A stretch of DNA of 43,161 nt from Chloroflexota bacterium (GTDB lineage: Bacteria; Chloroflexota; Limnocylindria; Limnocylindrales; CSP1-4): the NCBI GenBank assembly GCA_043739665.1, contig JAYUDR010000022.1, positions 1 through 43,161 of the forward strand, written 5' to 3'. Made by a program: the position numbers and the translations under genes. Shown here piece by piece: positions 38,288 to 43,161 of the stretch. The stretch's first letter is position 1. The number at the start of each line of letters is the position of its first letter. Below the pieces are notes generated by a model, which did no database searches, had not been told where the DNA came from, and saw nothing but the letters and a program-made list of their open reading frames with translations.

Positions 38288-39591
38288 GCGACGTACCAGG
38301 CCGTGTGCGGCAGAAGCACCGTCTGGCCGGTCCGGCAGGGCTCGTTGATGCCGAGTTTGGCACAGACGATATCGGCCGTGACTTCTGCCATGGCCCGCAG
38401 CGTGGTGGCTTTGCCGCCGGCGATCGTTACGAAGCCCTCGGTGGGAGTGGCGTCTGCCGCGTGGTCAAGACAGTGCTGTTCGCGGGTCATGTCACGGCCC
38501 GCTCCGCCCGCTACGCCCGCTACGCCGACCAGCGGCCGCACCGCCGACCACCGGGCCCGGATCTCCGCACCGGCCAGGGCCGGCAGCAGCGCCGCGCCCT
38601 CTCGCATGATCGTCTCAATGTGCCCGGGCGGGATCGTCAGATTGTCCGGATCGTCCGCTGTCCAGAAGCTCGTGCCGACCACGGTCAGCCCTCGCTGGGG
38701 CAGGACGATGTCACCGTCGCCCGGCGCGTGAAGCCGGTTCACGACCATGTTGCAGTGGCGGCCGCGCACGGCGACCATCGCGCCCGGCGACGGAGTAACC
38801 GCCACTTCGACGCCTGCCAGCGCCGCAATCTGGCCCACCCACGGCCCGGCGGCGTTGATCACCAGGTCGGCGCCGATCTCATAATCGCGGCCCGCGGCGT
38901 GGTCGCGGACCTTGACGCCCGTGACGGACCGGCCGGCGGTGGTCACGCCCACAACCTCCGTGAAGGGCCGGATGTCCGCCCCGTTGTGCCGGGCGGTGGC
39001 GAAGAAGCGGAGTGGGACGCGCATCGCGTCCATGGTCGCGTCTGGAACCTGGATCGCGAACCGCAGCTCCGGGTTGAGGCCGGGCTCCATGCGCAGGGCC
39101 GCGTCGCGCTCGAGCCGCCTGGTGGGGACTGCGCACTGCCAGCAACCTTCGAGGAAAGACGTCGCGAAATCGGCGTCCTCGTCGGTCAGGGCAACGAAGA
39201 GACCGTCGTTCTCCTCGAAGGAGCCTGGCGCGATGCGCCGCAGGATCTTGTTCTCGGCGATGCACTCAATGGCCGCCGCACGGTCCGTGGTGGCGTATCG
39301 GGCGCCGCTGTGGAGCAGCCCGTGGTGGCGACCGGTGGTGCCGGATGTGACCTCGCCCCGCTCGACGAGGGTCACGCGCAGGCCGCGCAAGGTGAGGTCG
39401 TGGGCCAGCGCGCCGCCTGTGGCGCCGCCGCCGATGATCAGGATGTGGGGCTTCGCCGGCTGGGGCGCCGGCTGGGGGGCCGGCTTGGGCGCCGGCTTGG
39501 GCGCCGGCTTGGGGGCCGGCTTGGGCGCCGGCTTGGGGGCCGGCTGGGGCGGAATCGAATCACCGCCAAACGCCCGAACTTTCGGGCTCAT
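38284..39591 (-). CDS. GlpA-like FAD-dependent oxidoreductase (anaerobic glycerol-3-phosphate dehydrogenase subunit A family), C-terminally short
   Basis: IIGGGATG, SGTTGRHHGLLHSGARY, ECIAENKIL, INAAGPW, VRPL, GGKATTLRAMAE, PCRT. Confidence 0.85.
   Translation of the reverse strand: MSPKVRAFGGDSIPPQPAPKPAPKPAPKPAPKPAPKPAPQPAPQPAKPHILIIGGGATGGALAHDLTLRGLRVTLVERGEVTSGTTGRHHGLLHSGARYATTDRAAAIECIAENKILRRIAPGSFEENDGLFVALTDEDADFATSFLEGCWQCAVPTRRLERDAALRMEPGLNPELRFAIQVPDATMDAMRVPLRFFATARHNGADIRPFTEVVGVTTAGRSVTGVKVRDHAAGRDYEIGADLVINAAGPWVGQIAALAGVEVAVTPSPGAMVAVRGRHCNMVVNRLHAPGDGDIVLPQRGLTVVGTSFWTADDPDNLTIPPGHIETIMREGAALLPALAGAEIRARWSAVRPLVGVAGVAGGAGRDMTREQHCLDHAADATPTEGFVTIAGGKATTLRAMAEVTADIVCAKLGINEPCRTGQTVLLPHTAWYVA
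39455..39550 (-). repeat. Coding tandem repeat, 8 x 12 nt, encoding (PAP[K/Q])n at the GlpA N-terminus
   Basis: Units GCCGGC-T(T/G)GGG(C/G) start at 39455, 39467 ... 39539. Confidence 0.9.
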
Positions 39592-39827
39592 CCCAGGCGA
39601 TTGAAGGTTCTTACCCCGGCCCGTCTTCAGAGTCCCGTTCTCCTGCTGTGAACGCTTGTGGCGTCCGATCCGTGGTTTGGGTTCCCAAGACTAGCCGCTG
39701 AGGAGACGTTCGTCGCGGCCACGCATCGGGGCGACGCCGACAGAATGGTCGGCTCGCCGAATCGCTGTAGATCTGTGGGTCGCGAAGCTGGATGATGCGG
39801 ATCGACGCTGCGTCGACGCCGACCTTG

Positions 39828-39872
39828 CGGCCCAGACTCAATCGGCCCAGACTCAATCGGCCCAGATTCAAC
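39828..39872 (+). repeat. 3 x 15 nt tandem repeat immediately upstream of the dinB-family RBS
   Basis: CGGCCCAGACTCAAT x2 + CGGCCCAGATTCAAC, then GAAAGGAG. Confidence 0.9.
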
Positions 39873-39887
39873 GAAAGGAGAACAGTG

Positions 39888-40436
39888 ATGACGCACATGT
39901 CGGCCGAGGAGGCTGAGGCTTACCGCCGGCCGGTGCTCGATGCACTGGGCCCCGACGATCCGTTCGAGGTCCAAGCCGGGGAGGTGGACCTTTGGCGCCG
40001 CCTGTTGGAGGCTGCCGGCGCCAGCCTTCGCACCCGCCCTGCCGAGGGCGAGTGGTCGGTCATCGAATGTCTCGGCCACATGGTTGACTCGGAAATTGTC
40101 ACCTCGGCCCGCTACCGCTGGATCCTGGCCGAGGACCAACCGCCACTCCAGGGCTACGACCAAGAGGCCTGGACGGCCCATTTCGACCACGCCCATGACG
40201 ACCCGGCCCTGTTATTGGATCTCCTGTGCGCCTTGCGGAACGTCAATCTGGCGCTGTGGAATCACGCCACGCCCGTCGATCGCACCCGGACCGGCATTCA
40301 TGCCGAGCGCGGGCCCGAATCCTTCGAGCTCCTCTTCCGCCTCCAAGCCGGTCACGGCCGCGTGCATCGCAGCCAGGCCGAGCGGGCCATCGCCGACGTT
40401 CGCCGTGCCAGGTGGCTCAGTCAACCCTACGGCTGA
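39888..40436 (+). CDS. DinB/YfiT-family putative metalloenzyme (thiol transferase-like)
   Basis: RPAEGEWSVIECLGHMVDSE, LQGYDQEAW, HAERG, GHGRVH His triad; AAAGGAG RBS. Confidence 0.88.
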   Translation: MTHMSAEEAEAYRRPVLDALGPDDPFEVQAGEVDLWRRLLEAAGASLRTRPAEGEWSVIECLGHMVDSEIVTSARYRWILAEDQPPLQGYDQEAWTAHFDHAHDDPALLLDLLCALRNVNLALWNHATPVDRTRTGIHAERGPESFELLFRLQAGHGRVHRSQAERAIADVRRARWLSQPYG

Positions 40437-40493
40437 ACGGCGTCGGCGGTGGCGATTTCGGCCGAGCCGGAGTTCCCCACAGGAACAGTGGGT

Positions 40494-41702
40494 TTACCGC
40501 CAGGGGATCGGAATGATGCCATCCGTGCGGGCCTGGGCGACGTCTACCCAGCCGTAATCTGGATCACCGGCCGCCACGTGGGGCTGGGCTTCGGTCCACT
40601 CCGTGTTGCCTTCGTGAGCGGCATCCGTGAACGTTGCCGAACCGATCATCGTCGTCTCGACGAAGTAGTAGGAGTCGTTCTTGCTGTCCAGGCGGATTGC
40701 CACATAGGCGTGGCCGGGAATCATGACGATCGCGGACTCCAGCCCGAGCGCCTCAGCCGTCGAGGCGTACAGCAGGGTCAACTCGATGCAGTTGCCGCTC
40801 GCTTGGTCGAGAACCTCGCCCGGCAGACGGATCCGTTGCGAGGAGCCCGAGGCGAATGAGTCGGTCGTGCTGATGTAGGCCACGTGGTAGTCGGTGGCCT
40901 CCGCTTGCCAGATATCCGACAGGCGCTGCCACACGGTCCCGCTGGTGTCGTTCGTGCTGTCGTAGTGGCTGGTAATGGCGCCGCTGGGGTCGTGGCTGGC
41001 AGCGGCTCGGATGAGCGCCTCCACTCCCGGGTCGGTCGGGGTCATCATGGCCACCACGAGGTTCCAGTCCTCCTGCTGGGTGAAGCCCTGGATCGTCCAT
41101 GGGAAGTCGCGACGCGAGGTGATGAGCGTGGGGCTGGTCTGGTCTAGCACGGTCCGCTGCTGGCCGGATTCGAGGTACGAAACGGTGATGTGCAGGTCGG
41201 CCTGGTGCTGGCTGTTCAGCCCGTCGATTGCGGCCGTCGTTAGGCGCGGGTTCTGGCGGATTTCCGCCGTGGCGCCGGGTGACACTGTGATGGTATCGCT
41301 GGCCTTCCCGGTGTAGCCGGCGACCTCGCTCGCCACCAAAACCTTGACCGGCGATGTGTTCCCGTTGGTGACCGTGACGATGACGAAGTCATCGAGGAAC
41401 TTGCCATAGAGATGGGCGATCGGCGTGATCAGCTCGGATTTGTAGGTGTAGTCGGCCGTGATCTGATCAACGGTGACGGCACCGGCCGTTGCGCGCGGGG
41501 CACCCGAGGCGACCGCCTGCGACGCCTTGGCGCCAGATTCGACCGGGATGGCGACATGAACCCCTGTGGCGGCGGGAGCGGCGGGGGCGGCCGAGGATCT
41601 AGCCGGCGGCCAGGTAGCGCTCGAGGTGCCGCACGCGGCCAGCATGATGGCGACCAGAGCGAGGGCCCCGACGTGCCCGTACGTCTTGCGCCGCGAACCC
41701 AT
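40494..41702 (-). CDS. Lipoprotein with C-terminal transglutaminase-like (papain-fold, Cys-His-Glu) domain
   Basis: Lipobox MLAAC; QRIRLPGEVL..SGNCIELTLLYAS..PGHAYVAI..FVETT; ATG 41702 behind CAGGAGG. Confidence 0.75.
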   Translation of the reverse strand: MGSRRKTYGHVGALALVAIMLAACGTSSATWPPARSSAAPAAPAATGVHVAIPVESGAKASQAVASGAPRATAGAVTVDQITADYTYKSELITPIAHLYGKFLDDFVIVTVTNGNTSPVKVLVASEVAGYTGKASDTITVSPGATAEIRQNPRLTTAAIDGLNSQHQADLHITVSYLESGQQRTVLDQTSPTLITSRRDFPWTIQGFTQQEDWNLVVAMMTPTDPGVEALIRAAASHDPSGAITSHYDSTNDTSGTVWQRLSDIWQAEATDYHVAYISTTDSFASGSSQRIRLPGEVLDQASGNCIELTLLYASTAEALGLESAIVMIPGHAYVAIRLDSKNDSYYFVETTMIGSATFTDAAHEGNTEWTEAQPHVAAGDPDYGWVDVAQARTDGIIPIPWR

Positions 41703-41853
41703 CCGAACCTCCTGGCCCGCGCTGGGCGGGTTTGACCATGGCCGAGATCGACCGGCCGATCGTAGCGTCAGCCCGGCCCGACTAATAGTGACCAATTCGG
41801 GGGAGCTCCGCGCGTCGGCGGACCACTCGCAGGCGGCCCCGCGGCGGGCGAAC

Positions 41854-43062
41854 TTAGCCGCGTACTACGCGCAGGTCCAGGCTCGACTCGTTCAGGACCT
41901 CAGCGCCACCCAGGCCACATATGACGATGTTCTCCAGGCGCACGCCCCAGCGGCCCGGCACGTAGATGCCCGGCTCCACGCTGAAGGCCATACCTGCGCG
42001 GAGCGGAGTGGCGTTGCCGGCCACTATGTACGGATCCTCGTGGACCTCCAGACCGATGCCGTGGCCCAGTCGATGCGTGAAGTACTCGCCGTAGCCCGCG
42101 GCCGCGATGACGGCACGCGCCGTGGCGTCGATCCGTTCAGCCGGAATGCCGGGGCGGACGGCCGCCGTCGCCTGGGCCTGCGCCTCCCGGACCAACTCGT
42201 AGACGCGTCGGAACTCGGGCCCGGGCTCGATGCCCGCCTCGCCCGCGATCCAGATGGTTCGGGTGGTGTCGCTCAGGTAGCCGGCCAGCGTGCCACCCAA
42301 GTCCAGGACCACAGGTTCGCCGGCCGCGATTCTGCGGTCGCCCGCGTCGTGATGGGGTGAGGCGCCGTTGGGCCCCGAGCCGACGATCGCGAAATCGGCC
42401 AGGTCGTGACCTTCGTCGATGAGCCGACCGCGAATCTCGCGGCTTACTTCGGCCTCGGAGCGGCCGACCAGACTGCCCGCCGCAATCGCGTCAACAGTAC
42501 GGTCGGCTGCCTGGGCGGCAAGTCGGAGGAGGCGTGCCTCGTCCGGGTCCTTGACCTGACGCAGGTCGCGCATGACTGGGCCGGCCGATTCGAAACGGCT
42601 GTCCGAAGCGGCGTGCTGAAGGCCCAGGACATGCATTGCCCAGAGGCGGTCCGACAGGCCGATAGGCCCGCCGGTCGAACCGGCGGCCGTGCCGGCATCT
42701 GCAAGGAGTCCGGCCACGAGCGCGAAGGCATCGTCCGTCTCTTCGAAAGGCACGACGTTCGCGGCACCCGCCGCGGAAAGGGGCGTGGCTCCGGCCTTGG
42801 TCGCTTCGAGGCGCGGCACCACGAACGAAACGGGGCCCTCGCGCGGCACGACCAGAAGCGTCAGCCGCTCCATCGGTTCGCCGACGAAGCCGGTGAGATA
42901 CCGCAGGTCCGGCCCGACGCCGATCAGTAGCGCTCCGAACCCGTGCTCCGAGACGGCCTCGCGGCAAGCGGCCAGGCGGGCCGCAAATCGATCGGCCGGG
43001 ATGGCGCGGTTGCTGTCGGTCACCGGTGGAGGGTAACTCGCGAGAGCCGCGTGCGCAGGCAC
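41854..43062 (-). CDS. Xaa-Pro peptidase (M24B, PepQ/PepP-like)
   Basis: DLRYLTG, SPHH, DLGG..GYLSDTTRT, HRLGHGIGLEVHE, FSVEPGIY, VRLEN; start uncertain. Confidence 0.93.
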   Translation of the reverse strand: MPAHAALASYPPPVTDSNRAIPADRFAARLAACREAVSEHGFGALLIGVGPDLRYLTGFVGEPMERLTLLVVPREGPVSFVVPRLEATKAGATPLSAAGAANVVPFEETDDAFALVAGLLADAGTAAGSTGGPIGLSDRLWAMHVLGLQHAASDSRFESAGPVMRDLRQVKDPDEARLLRLAAQAADRTVDAIAAGSLVGRSEAEVSREIRGRLIDEGHDLADFAIVGSGPNGASPHHDAGDRRIAAGEPVVLDLGGTLAGYLSDTTRTIWIAGEAGIEPGPEFRRVYELVREAQAQATAAVRPGIPAERIDATARAVIAAAGYGEYFTHRLGHGIGLEVHEDPYIVAGNATPLRAGMAFSVEPGIYVPGRWGVRLENIVICGLGGAEVLNESSLDLRVVRG

Positions 43063-43161
43063 CGTCGTTGCTCAGCGAATCTGTCAGTGCCTGCCGGCTT
43101 GGGGCCTTGGGGCTGGGTCGTCTCCAGGGATGTCGGGAACCAGGAGGGTAGCCCGGCCGCT

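Noticed and set aside
39620-39665. Glycine-riboswitch-like GCAGGAGA..GAAG and a cre-like TGTGAACGCTT upstream of the GlpA-like gene
   Set aside because: Remaining riboswitch consensus and stems are absent; a single imperfect palindrome is insufficient evidence.
39828-39872. Possible CRISPR mini-array
   Set aside because: Repeats are contiguous with no spacers, only 15 nt, and there are no cas genes.

Overview
High-GC bacterial chromosomal window; the lineage cannot be fixed from sequence alone, though gene style is compatible with soil/peat Chloroflexota or Actinomycetota. No mobile elements, rRNA/tRNA or CRISPR arrays were seen. Contents in order: (1) a PDZ-containing NarL-type two-component pair; (2) a ~20 kb xylose/arabinoxylan-oligosaccharide island (xylB, xylA, CUT1 ABC transporter + GH3, xylFHG, LacI regulator, GH51) that encloses a vanadium-haloperoxidase / CRTAC1(ASPIC-UnbV) / divergent M24 operon; (3) a sulfur amino-acid block (metY-metX and cystathionine beta-synthase + gamma-lyase); (4) a TPR protein, an HPr-EI fusion, plsY, a PanE-like reductase, a Kelch lipoprotein, a GlpA-like flavoprotein coupled to an SdhB/FrdB-like Fe-S protein, a DinB protein, a transglutaminase-like lipoprotein and an Xaa-Pro peptidase. 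Two signals lie outside the ORF track. (a) Both sulfur operons are preceded by a short Cys- or Met/Cys-rich leader peptide embedded in the same conserved antiterminator/terminator RNA scaffold, i.e. a pair of paralogous ribosome-mediated attenuators. (b) A GCATACGTATGC-type operator and a near-identical promoter cassette recur at all sugar promoters, and one copy faces the haloperoxidase operon, suggesting the haloperoxidase belongs to the xylose regulon.
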